A stretch of 32,666 nt of DNA from Candidatus Aenigmatarchaeota archaeon (GCA_021163145.1 JAGGXH010000001.1:1-32666), one strand, 5' to 3'. Counted from the first letter of the stretch, positions 8,984 to 17,723 are shown. The notes: a model not told the origin generated them from the letters alone. A program made the numbers and translations.

Positions 8984-11900
8984 TTACTTAATCTCTATTG
9001 TTTTTCCAATAGAACCATTTCCAGAAAAATATAAATTTCCACCACATTTTGGACAACATCCACGCAATGGTGGCCTTCTATCAGACCAATGACATTTATT
9101 ACAAACAACCGCATCAAATGAGTTTAATACCATATCTTCTGGAGAAATTGGTTTAGTTCCAGAATTTATCATATCAAACAATGTTGTTTGTTTAGAACCT
9201 TCTAATAATTCTGATTGTGAAACACCACATGTTTCAAATATTCTTTCTAGTGGTGGCAATATTTGATTTTTAATATAATATTCAGAATCTATTTCTAAAT
9301 TTTTCTCTTTAATATAATTTGGATCTTCTGCTCTTCGTGAAACAAGCTCATTTCCTTTAATTATAACATAAGGCAAACGCTGACCAACCATACTACCAAC
9401 AGTTGGGTCTCTTTTAATAATTTTTTTAGCTAACTCAACATGTGGCTGAACATTATCATATTGATCGAGTGGTTTGGTTATTCCTTTTACAACAGCAAGA
9501 TCTTCAATTGGAATAAGTCCTTTATTTAAGTCATGTATAATTTTTCTAACATATTTAGCAGCTGCCTTTGTATCACCTTCCTTAAGAATTGTCTCAAGAA
9601 CTTTTTTCATTGTCTTTGTTGTTAATGGACACCAATCTCTTCTTACAACCTCAATTCCTTTAAATGCAATTTTATCTTTCCACCCATCTGCTCTTTTTTC
9701 AAATTGCCAACCTGCATATCTTTTTTTACTTAAAATTAAAAATGTTTTAAATGCTTTTTCAAACTCAAGCTCCATTCCCTCAAGTTTTTGTGTAATAAAT
9801 TTTGCCATTTCTTCTCCTTTCTTTGCAGCTTCTTCTAAATCTGTAATATCAGTCTTAACAAATACTGAGTCAGTATTATGTAATAATATTTGTCCACAAG
9901 AATCTACAAACATATGACTATTATCAACATTTAAGTCATAGACATATCCAGAATATTTTTCTACTTTTAATTTAGCATTTATAGATTTTCTATAATTAGA
10001 ACATGTTGTTATTCTATAAGTTTTTTTATTATAATCATACCTTATAGTATATTTTTGATTTAATTGATTTAATAAAAACGACAAACCGCATATTAAATGT
10101 AAAGATTTTGTGTCATATCTGAAATTTTCTTTTTTATATTTATTAGAATATCTTGCATCTGCCCATCTAGACCCATCTCCTTTTATCATATATTCTAACA
10201 AAAGTTCTTTATATTTCTGTGGAACATGATATATAAAATCTGGTAATTTCTTGTTTTTTGATTTTTGTCCACCAAGTATTTTGAAGAAAACCGCTGCTAA
10301 TTCATTTGTCATTTGTAATTTGTATGTTTTATCTTTATATATTATATTTTTTTCTTTGCCATTATTTGTTTTATATGTTAAATTTCTTGTTTTTTTAGTA
10401 GATCTTATTATAGATGCTTTAGAGTTTTTAAACAATCTCAAGTAATCTTGTTTTATTTGTTTTAGTAATTGTTTATCAGATGAACATATGCTTGCACACA
10501 TTTTATGCTTAGTTGTTTCTATTGTTGAAGCACTTCCCTCAGATATATATAATCCAAGCAATCTACACAATGATTCAAATTCTTTAGATCTGACATAAAT
10601 AAATCTTTTAAGTTTTATTCTTTTTTTCCTCTTTGTCCACCCAAACCAAACATAATTTTTATCTTTATGAATGCATGAAATTCTTTTTTTACCTTTATAA
10701 ACTGTTGTCTTTGAATAATGTTTCAATATTTCATACAAATCTATTTTATTAATTTGTTTAACATTTGGTATTTTATCTACTCTTATCATTGATTTGTTTA
10801 ACATTTCTTTAGGTTTTGATTCAACAAAATTTCCATTTTGTAATGTTATTAAAGAATGATCTTCTGTAACTATTGTTTCTCCAAACTTCTGGTTTACTCT
10901 ATATATTTTTTTGCTTGTTTTATGTCTTATTATTTCATTTATTTTTCTCCATACTGGTTTTTTTGTTTTAGGATCAACTGAAAGAACCTTTATGGTTCTT
11001 TCTGGTATCACTATTTCTTTTTCTCCTCTTCTAAATAAATTGTTCTTATGTTCTTGGAATAGTTCTTCTATGTTTTTTATTTTAACAATATTATTATCAA
11101 TAATTGTAACAAATCTATCTTTAGTAACACTATCACCGTAGATTACTTTATAACCAAAATTTTCTTCAACTAGTTTTTTTGTTACATCAATATTATATCT
11201 TCCCCAACCTGTTATTGATGCAGCAACTTCAGGTGTAAAAAATCTTGCACCAACAAAACCAATATAGCCCCATAATGAAACCAACATTCCTTTTAATGCA
11301 TATTGTTTTGCATCCAATAATTTAAGTATTTCTTCATTTGTTTCTTTTTTCATTAAATCTTTTACCTTAAATCTTGTATCAAAATAATATCTTGCAACAT
11401 ATGGAAATATTCCTTCTCTAATATTCTTTTTAACAAATTTTGCATTAACAGGAGAAACATAATAATCATCAGGGGATATGTTTTTCTCCTCTCTTAGCAA
11501 AGTACTTGGACATATATTATAATGCATTATCATAGAAGGATACATTGATTTAAAATCTAATACAAGAATATATCCATCTTTATGTAATCCAACATCTGGT
11601 TCCAAAACAGTTGCACCCTTAAATTTGTTCGATGCTCTAGCTTTTATTGTATTTCTATCTGGTTTACATGGCATTAGTATATTTCTTTTTTTAACTTCGT
11701 GAAGCAAAGCATTTTCATGTCTTGCAGATTGTCCTGCCATAAGATCCTGAAGAGTTAATCCAGATAACTTTGACATTTCTATAAATTTATCCATATCAAC
11801 AAGTTTATGACTTATTATTAGTTCCAATACTAAATCAGAATCTGTTTGACAATATTCTGCAATTTTAGTTATTTTGTTTATATCATTACTTTTCCAATAT

Positions 11901-12913
11901 TCAAGCATTTGATTGTGATTTAAATCTTTTTTACCTTTTCCCAACAATTGATTTGCAACTGTATCTAAATTAAATCTTCTGAATTTATGAGGTTGGTCAT
12001 AAACAGAAAGATATCTTATTATATAATAAGGATCTAATAAAAATCTTCCTGTGATTGCAGTTCTTTGTGTATAACTTAAATTCTTTGTCCATGCCTTTTT
12101 TTCTGCTCTACCAATATCTGTTGGAATATTATATAATTGCATTCTCTTTAAAATATATGGAACATCGAAATTCTCAATATTATAACCAGCTAAAACATCT
12201 GGATCAAAATCTATAATAATTTCTTTGAATTTTTCAAGCATTTGTTTTTCATCTGAACACACAATAGCATTACATGTCTTATTAATTTTCTTTGTGATAA
12301 GAACAAGTTGTTTCATATTCTTATATTCAGGATAAAAAGCCATTGATATCATGATTATAGGATCAAAATTAGCATCAGGCATTCTATATTCATCTGTTAT
12401 ACATTCTATATCAAATGATAAATATCGTAGAGGTGCATTTTTAACATTTTCAATTGATGTTATTTTCTTTGCTTGGATTGCCTTACATTTTACAGTTGTT
12501 GTTCTTATAAAATTTCCTTCCACATCTATCCATTTCATAGCTCTTAGACCAGCATCAACCATATATCTATATTTATAAAGAATATCAGCTTCATATGGTG
12601 TTCCTAAGTGTTTAACAGCATTTTTTATCTCAGGTATCTTAGCTGGATTAGTACCAATTATTTTAATTACTTTTTTTGGTTTTTCTGAATATCCAATTGG
12701 TAAATATTTTTCAACTATTTCTGTTTTTAATCCCATTTTTTCTAATTCATATAATGTATCATGAATATCATTTTTTGGATCCAAATAAAAATATGGTTTT
12801 GGTCCTTTTGTAAAAACACATATTGTATTACCTATAATATCTTTACAAAACAACCTAACTACTGGTCTATTGTCCAAAAGAACATAATCAACATCAAAAA
12901 TTTGTAGTTGCAT
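8984..12913 (-). CDS. polB: Family B DNA polymerase with a LAGLIDADG intein, PIP-like box and C-terminal DP2-like Zn finger
   Basis: ExoI FDIE, ExoII YNIENFD, ExoIII YCQTD, motif A DFKSMYPS, variant motif B KGMLVSLWG, motif C YGD|TDS split by the intein, KKRY and KGIEVVRRD. The tail has QTTLFDM and CNKC...CPKC. About 890 aa after splicing. Confidence 0.97.
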   Translation of the reverse strand: MQLQIFDVDYVLLDNRPVVRLFCKDIIGNTICVFTKGPKPYFYLDPKNDIHDTLYELEKMGLKTEIVEKYLPIGYSEKPKKVIKIIGTNPAKIPEIKNAVKHLGTPYEADILYKYRYMVDAGLRAMKWIDVEGNFIRTTTVKCKAIQAKKITSIENVKNAPLRYLSFDIECITDEYRMPDANFDPIIMISMAFYPEYKNMKQLVLITKKINKTCNAIVCSDEKQMLEKFKEIIIDFDPDVLAGYNIENFDVPYILKRMQLYNIPTDIGRAEKKAWTKNLSYTQRTAITGRFLLDPYYIIRYLSVYDQPHKFRRFNLDTVANQLLGKGKKDLNHNQMLEYWKSNDINKITKIAEYCQTDSDLVLELIISHKLVDMDKFIEMSKLSGLTLQDLMAGQSARHENALLHEVKKRNILMPCKPDRNTIKARASNKFKGATVLEPDVGLHKDGYILVLDFKSMYPSMIMHYNICPSTLLREEKNISPDDYYVSPVNAKFVKKNIREGIFPYVARYYFDTRFKVKDLMKKETNEEILKLLDAKQYALKGMLVSLWGYIGFVGARFFTPEVAASITGWGRYNIDVTKKLVEENFGYKVIYGDSVTKDRFVTIIDNNIVKIKNIEELFQEHKNNLFRRGEKEIVIPERTIKVLSVDPKTKKPVWRKINEIIRHKTSKKIYRVNQKFGETIVTEDHSLITLQNGNFVESKPKEMLNKSMIRVDKIPNVKQINKIDLYEILKHYSKTTVYKGKKRISCIHKDKNYVWFGWTKRKKRIKLKRFIYVRSKEFESLCRLLGLYISEGSASTIETTKHKMCASICSSDKQLLKQIKQDYLRLFKNSKASIIRSTKKTRNLTYKTNNGKEKNIIYKDKTYKLQMTNELAAVFFKILGGQKSKNKKLPDFIYHVPQKYKELLLEYMIKGDGSRWADARYSNKYKKENFRYDTKSLHLICGLSFLLNQLNQKYTIRYDYNKKTYRITTCSNYRKSINAKLKVEKYSGYVYDLNVDNSHMFVDSCGQILLHNTDSVFVKTDITDLEEAAKKGEEMAKFITQKLEGMELEFEKAFKTFLILSKKRYAGWQFEKRADGWKDKIAFKGIEVVRRDWCPLTTKTMKKVLETILKEGDTKAAAKYVRKIIHDLNKGLIPIEDLAVVKGITKPLDQYDNVQPHVELAKKIIKRDPTVGSMVGQRLPYVIIKGNELVSRRAEDPNYIKEKNLEIDSEYYIKNQILPPLERIFETCGVSQSELLEGSKQTTLFDMINSGTKPISPEDMVLNSFDAVVCNKCHWSDRRPPLRGCCPKCGGNLYFSGNGSIGKTIEIK
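9875..11131 (-). mobile_element. Intein (419 aa) with LAGLIDADG homing endonuclease in PolB motif C
   Basis: Begins SVTKDRF after YGD. Block B TEDH, endonuclease motifs LLGLYISEG and YMIKGDG, block F VYDLNV, ends LLHN before the +1 Thr of TDS. Confidence 0.96.
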
Positions 12914-12961
12914 GTTTTTGTTTATTGTTTCTAACCTTTAAATGATTTTTGATTATTAAAA

Positions 12962-13855
12962 CTATATATCCATTATTTCTCTGTTTCTTAAATTAATCTG
13001 TTTATTTAACGAAACAATACTAATTCCTTTATAATTTTTATTTATTGATTCATTGAAAACAATATCTGGAACAACATCTAATAGAAAATCAGTATTATTT
13101 ATAGAAATATATCTCTTTCTTAACAATTCAAGAGCATTATATCCAATAACAATAAGAATATTTATACCATTAATTTCAAATAAACTAACTGGCTTATTTA
13201 CAAAGTATGCATTATTAACATTCTTGTCCTCTAGAATAAATGTAAAGTCAGATTTTACATCTGGATTAAATTTTTCTGAAAAAGAAACAATAATATCATT
13301 ACTACTTAAAATTGGAACTCTTAAAGGAACATCAGGAAACATAATTTCATTTACATGAAAAATATTGTCAGAATAATAACCATTTAGAGCAATTACATCA
13401 TCAAACTTTATCTTATCCAAATAGTCTTTTGATAAACTACAATTTATCATACCTGTTTGATCTTCTACTTCAATAAATAATTCTGTATTACTAGAATCAA
13501 TTGTTTTTATCATACCTATTATAGAACATTTTGTACCATTAGATAATTTGTTTATTGAAATTAAATTGGTTATCTGGGTTTTATTAACCAATATTTGTTT
13601 TAAAAAAGCAAATCTATCATTTATTTGTTTTATAAAGTCATCTATTGTATATTTTTTTATTATTTCAAATTCTTTTATTTTCTTAAAATTAACTTGTCTT
13701 ATATATGAATCAATAATTTCTTGTGTTAATACTAATGGTCTATATTCTTTTGCTTTAGTTATAACTAATTTAATGTCATTTTTGCTCATTTTTTCCAATT
13801 TAGAGAGAGCTTCTGGCTCTATTAAAATACCAGAACCTTTTAATTCCTCTAACAT
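12962..13855 (-). CDS. Inactivated, shortened homologue of PolD small subunit DP1 (B-subunit-like)
   Basis: DP1-like segments in order: N-terminal 'GILIEPEAL', 'IDDFI...DRF..LK.IL', OB fold 'IIGMI...EVEDQTG...DDVIAL.G...FPDVP', 'LELLRKRYI', 'VPDIVF' and 'YKGI'. No phosphoesterase DxH, GD, GNHD or GHxH motifs. 297 aa; overlaps the cdc6 stop. Confidence 0.8.
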   Translation of the reverse strand: MLEELKGSGILIEPEALSKLEKMSKNDIKLVITKAKEYRPLVLTQEIIDSYIRQVNFKKIKEFEIIKKYTIDDFIKQINDRFAFLKQILVNKTQITNLISINKLSNGTKCSIIGMIKTIDSSNTELFIEVEDQTGMINCSLSKDYLDKIKFDDVIALNGYYSDNIFHVNEIMFPDVPLRVPILSSNDIIVSFSEKFNPDVKSDFTFILEDKNVNNAYFVNKPVSLFEINGINILIVIGYNALELLRKRYISINNTDFLLDVVPDIVFNESINKNYKGISIVSLNKQINLRNREIMDI

Positions 13856-15054
13856 AAAAATATCTGCCCCAACATCTTTTTTAACTTTTCTTCAGTTTCA
13901 TTATTTATATTCAATGAAATAAGCTTGGTTCTCCCATATCTGCCTCTCGATACAACCTTACTGTTTAAAATACCGAATAAAACAAGCTCATTTATTAAAT
14001 CAGATATTCTTCTTGACGTTAATTGTTTTAAACCATTTTTAACACAAATTTCTTTATATTTATCTAGAATATCTGAAGTTTCTATATATCTCTTTTCTAA
14101 ATTCAAAATAGACCATAAAACAGCTTGGCTTTGTTTAGGCTGTGATTTAACAACTTCAATTATTCTATCAACATCTATTTTATCTTCTGCAGCATCAATA
14201 TCTTCTATAGATACTTTTGATTTAAGCTTTCTTTCAGCTATTTCACCTGCAACTCTTAATAGATCTAAAGCTCTTCTTGCATCACCATGCTCTTGTGCAG
14301 CTAATGCAGCACATTTTTCAATTACCCCATCTTCTAAAACATTTGGCATAAATGCTATCTCTGCTCTTTGTCTCAATATATCCTGTAATTGTATTGCATT
14401 ATATGGAGGAAATACAATTTCTTCTTCAGATAATGAACTTCTAACTCTTGGATCTAATTTTTCTATAAAATCAAGATTATTAGTAATTCCAATAATTGTT
14501 AACCTAGAATTTTTAAGATCTTCATTAATTCTAGTTAGATTATATAGTATCTCATCACCTGTTTTTTGAACTAATGTATCTATTTCATCTATTATAAGAA
14601 TAACTGTTTGGCTTTCAGAATCAAGTGCTTTAAAGAAAATATTATATATTTGATCTGTTGGCAAACCAGTAAAAGGTACATCATAACCAAATTCTCTAGA
14701 TAAACCAGCCAATAATCTATACTCAGTATCTGCTGATTTCTTCATCTTACAATTAATATATAATGTTTTTACATTAAACCCATTTATATGAGCTGCTTTC
14801 TCTAATTCAGATGTTACCATTTTAGCTAAACATGTTTTTCCTGTACCTGTTCTACCATAAATAAAAATATTACTTGGTCTTCCACCTTTTAATGCAGGTG
14901 CTAATATTCTACCAAGCTCATTTGTTTGTTCATCTCTATGTGGAATCTCCCTAGGAGTAAATGATATTGTTAATACTTGTCTGTTTGCAAATATTGGTTT
15001 ATTTTCTAAAAACTTATTAAATATATTTTGAATATCTGCCATTGGAATCACCAT
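13849..15054 (-). CDS. cdc6: Orc1/Cdc6 replication initiator
   Basis: Walker A GRTGTGKT, Walker B IIDEID, 'LDPRVRSSL', 'FPPYNA.QL..IL', 'HGDARRALDLLR' and a C-terminal winged helix with GRYGRT. The true start may be the ATG at 15042, which has SD GGTGAT. Confidence 0.97.
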   Translation of the reverse strand: MVIPMADIQNIFNKFLENKPIFANRQVLTISFTPREIPHRDEQTNELGRILAPALKGGRPSNIFIYGRTGTGKTCLAKMVTSELEKAAHINGFNVKTLYINCKMKKSADTEYRLLAGLSREFGYDVPFTGLPTDQIYNIFFKALDSESQTVILIIDEIDTLVQKTGDEILYNLTRINEDLKNSRLTIIGITNNLDFIEKLDPRVRSSLSEEEIVFPPYNAIQLQDILRQRAEIAFMPNVLEDGVIEKCAALAAQEHGDARRALDLLRVAGEIAERKLKSKVSIEDIDAAEDKIDVDRIIEVVKSQPKQSQAVLWSILNLEKRYIETSDILDKYKEICVKNGLKQLTSRRISDLINELVLFGILNSKVVSRGRYGRTKLISLNINNETEEKLKKMLGQIFLC

Positions 15055-15097
15055 TTTTTCTTATGGAATATATACATGTTACCACATATAAGCTTGT

Positions 15098-15157
15098 CTT
15101 CACGTTACCCCCTTATTTCCCATGGAACTTCACGTTACCCTATTGTTTCCAATAGAA
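15098..15157. repeat. Two tandem 30-bp ORB-containing units
   Basis: cttcacgttacccccttatttcccatggaa followed by cttcacgttaccctattgtttccaatagaa. A partial third copy, cttcatattacc, lies at 15169-15180. Confidence 0.9.
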
Positions 15158-15376
15158 GTTAACAAAACCTTCATATTACCATATAATTTATCATATTTCC
15201 ATTAGAAACCATACCACCAATATTTCCATTGGAAATAATATTTATGATACGAACCAATTATTTTTCTAGTGGAAATCAGATTAAAGACATAATATCCTAT
15301 AACAGTGTTATAATAATATATAATATCTATATATGAAATAAAAACATAAAATAATTTTTCCATTGGAAAACTAGGG
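15098..15376. other. Probable replication origin (oriC) with ORB elements and an AT-rich unwinding tract
   Basis: TTTCCAnTGGAAA-like cores at about 15117, 15146, 15196, 15223, 15263 and 15357. The first two carry G-strings on the minus strand (GTTCCATGGGAAATAAGGGGG). The last carries one on the plus strand (TTCCATTGGAAAACTAGGG). AT-rich tract about 15308-15356. Directly upstream of cdc6. Confidence 0.92.
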
Positions 15377-15382
15377 TATGTA

Positions 15383-16102
15383 TCATTGTTTTTTATAATA
15401 TTTTAATTTATTAAGAATATTATTATTACTGATATTTGTTTTTGCAATACATATGTTCTCTATTTCACCTATTCTAGCTGCAAGATCATCTACTTTATTT
15501 GCACCTTGTAAAACCACTAATCTTGGTTTTAAATTAGTAACTTTTAGTGCCACCATCACTGTTTTACCACTATGAGACCCAAGAAATATCAGAGCTCTTT
15601 CAGTCGTTAATCCATATAATTTCACAAGTTCATTTGGAGATAAATTTAATATTGCTTTTAAACTATCTATTACAGTATAACCATATATTTTATTTTCACA
15701 TAAATCTTTTCTAACAACAATATTTGCATCTAATTTATTACAAAAACTCTTTATTTTAATAGGTGTTGTAAATTCTTTCATATCAATTATTGCTTTATTA
15801 AGTAAAGCTTTAGATGGATATATTTCAAATTCATGTATTATCTTTCCACCATTCTTTTTATCAATTTCTATCATGGATTTTACAATCTTATTAATTATCT
15901 TTATACCAGGTGATTTTCTCCTAGAATTTTCATAATCAGATATAACAGATGGCATAATATTCATATGATCTGCAAGTGTTCTCTGTGAAATACCAAATAT
16001 ATTTCTCCATTTTTGTATTGTTTTTCCAGGATCTGAACTTAAAACAATTTCTCCAGCTATTTTCTTTTCAAGATTTTCTATTGATAATTCATTTATATCC
16101 AT
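15383..16102 (-). CDS. XRE-type HTH transcriptional regulator, conserved archaeal family (COG1709-like)
   Basis: IAGEIVLS..PG.TI.KWR..F.ISQ..LA...PSVISDYE..RRKSPG, with C-terminal 'IYGYTVIDS.KAI...LYG.TTERALIF'. Confidence 0.88.
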   Translation of the reverse strand: MDINELSIENLEKKIAGEIVLSSDPGKTIQKWRNIFGISQRTLADHMNIMPSVISDYENSRRKSPGIKIINKIVKSMIEIDKKNGGKIIHEFEIYPSKALLNKAIIDMKEFTTPIKIKSFCNKLDANIVVRKDLCENKIYGYTVIDSLKAILNLSPNELVKLYGLTTERALIFLGSHSGKTVMVALKVTNLKPRLVVLQGANKVDDLAARIGEIENICIAKTNISNNNILNKLKYYKKQ

Positions 16103-16194
16103 ATAATAGATATATTGACGTATAATTATATATAAATTATCGTTATTCTGAGCTATATGAAACTTTAAATATATGCATTTGATTAATTTATTTT

Positions 16195-16752
16195 ATGTCA
16201 ACAAATGTCAAAGTAAAAGATGCTATGATAACAAATGTAATTACAGGATCACAAACTGAAACAGTTCAACAAATTGCAATAAAAATGAAAGAAAAAGATG
16301 TTGGTTCTATTATAATATGTGATGATTCTAAAGTTGTTGGTATAGTTACAAGAGAAGATATAGTAAATAAAGTAGTTGCTGAGAACATTAGCTCAGCTGA
16401 CTTAATTGTTAAAGAAATAATGTCACTTAATGTTGTTTCTGTTGAACCAGATGCAGATTTAACAGATGCAGCAAAAACAATGACTAAATATGGATTTGAA
16501 AGACTTCCTGTTATCAAAGATGGTAAATTAGTAGGTATTATCTCAGATAGAGAAATTGCAAAAATTTCTCCATCATTAATTGAAATATTAAGAGAAAGAC
16601 TGATGTTAGAAGAAGATCAAGGACCTGAAGATGAGCATATTGATAGAACATCTGGTATTTGTGAATTATGTGGAAACTTTTATGAAGATTTACAGCAAAT
16701 AGATGGCAAGTGGGTCTGTGAAACTTGTAAAGAAGAAGCAGCTGAAGTTTAA
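16195..16752 (+). CDS. CBS-pair protein with C-terminal Zn ribbon
   Basis: Two CBS repeats (VKDAM...VVGIVTREDI; VKEIMS...LVGIISDREI) and CELC...CETC. Confidence 0.92.
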   Translation: MSTNVKVKDAMITNVITGSQTETVQQIAIKMKEKDVGSIIICDDSKVVGIVTREDIVNKVVAENISSADLIVKEIMSLNVVSVEPDADLTDAAKTMTKYGFERLPVIKDGKLVGIISDREIAKISPSLIEILRERLMLEEDQGPEDEHIDRTSGICELCGNFYEDLQQIDGKWVCETCKEEAAEV

Positions 16753-16880
16753 AACAAATTGTTTTCTATATATAATATTTCATTTCCCACACCTTCATAT
16801 GTTTTTTCAAATTTATCTGGATCTTTGAATAGCAGAAATATATTGTTATAATATTCTTTAATTTTACTTATTAAGACCAT
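16749..16880 (-). CDS. Putative small protein (43 aa)
   Basis: Not in the track. MVLISKIKEYYNNIFLLFKDPDKFEKTYEGVGNEILYIENNLF fills the gap and overlaps the CBS gene stop by 4 nt (TTAA). Confidence 0.45.
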   Translation of the reverse strand: MVLISKIKEYYNNIFLLFKDPDKFEKTYEGVGNEILYIENNLF

Positions 16881-16912
16881 ATTTAATAAATATCTTATAA
16901 CAAATATTTAAA

Positions 16913-17113
16913 ATGATAATTAAAATAAAAGTAAAAACAAATTCAGATAAATTTAAGATTATTAAACATAGAGATTATTGGTTAGTATATGTTAAATCAA
17001 AACCAGAACAAAATAAAGCAAATATTGAGATTATAAAACAATTTTCTAAGATATATGGTAAATGTAGAATATTAAAAGGATTAAAATCTAACAATAAATT
17101 AATTGAAATTTAA
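16913..17113 (+). CDS. DUF167 / UPF0235 (YggU-like) protein
   Basis: IKVKTNS...VYVKSKPEQNKANIEII...ILKGLKSNNK. Confidence 0.88.
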   Translation: MIIKIKVKTNSDKFKIIKHRDYWLVYVKSKPEQNKANIEIIKQFSKIYGKCRILKGLKSNNKLIEI

Positions 17114-17697
17114 ATATAATCAACAACAAATCTTAAAGCTACGTAAATATCATTATGTATCTTATCTATTTCTATTATGTTTTGCTCTTTATCCCATTTT
17201 CCATACAAATTATTATCCAATAAATCATTTATTCCAGAAAACTCTTTTTTGTTAGTTTCTTGTGCTATTGTCTTTGGGATTATGGTTTTCTTACTAGAGC
17301 ATATTTGTGAGAAATCATCTTCTCTTAACATTCTTAATTCAAAATCATTATCCATTCTTTTACAAACACTAATATATTTTTTTACAATATTATTTAGTTC
17401 TTCTACACTATACATATATCTGTGAAGATAAATTGGTTTGTTTTTTCGAGGCACACCTTCATATGGGATTTTAGTGATTATGCACCTAGATATTTGTTTC
17501 TCTTTACTAAATACTTCTACCTTTTTGATAGGATCAAAATATTTAGTAACAATTAAACCTGTTTCATTATCATTATATACATTATCTATCATTCTTTCTA
17601 TTTTGCTTGCAATGTTGAAATCATCTATTGAAAATTTCCGTAAATAAGAGTATTCTTCAAATATTTTACTCGTATAGTCGGGTACAGCTTTAGTCAT
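17110..17697 (-). CDS. Hypothetical protein
   Basis: 195 aa ORF downstream of tgtA. No recognisable motif. Confidence 0.65.
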   Translation of the reverse strand: MTKAVPDYTSKIFEEYSYLRKFSIDDFNIASKIERMIDNVYNDNETGLIVTKYFDPIKKVEVFSKEKQISRCIITKIPYEGVPRKNKPIYLHRYMYSVEELNNIVKKYISVCKRMDNDFELRMLREDDFSQICSSKKTIIPKTIAQETNKKEFSGINDLLDNNLYGKWDKEQNIIEIDKIHNDIYVALRFVVDYI

Positions 17698-17723
17698 AAA
17701 AACTTTATTATTACAATAAGTAT

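Noticed and set aside
12962-13855. Call as an active PolD DP1 exonuclease, or as a pseudogene
   Set aside because: All metal-binding motifs are absent, so it is not an active DP1. The frame is uninterrupted and coupled to cdc6, so decay is not supported either.
13925-14569. 214-aa plus-strand ORF and other antisense or nested ORFs in the track (for example 9474-9917, 17767-18240, 28090-28494, 31897-32172)
   Set aside because: They lie within well-supported genes, mostly on the opposite strand, and have no motifs; they are shadow ORFs.
15098-15240. Repeats upstream of cdc6 considered as a CRISPR mini-array
   Set aside because: The units are adjacent or irregularly spaced with no unique spacers, they match the ORB consensus, and no cas genes are present.
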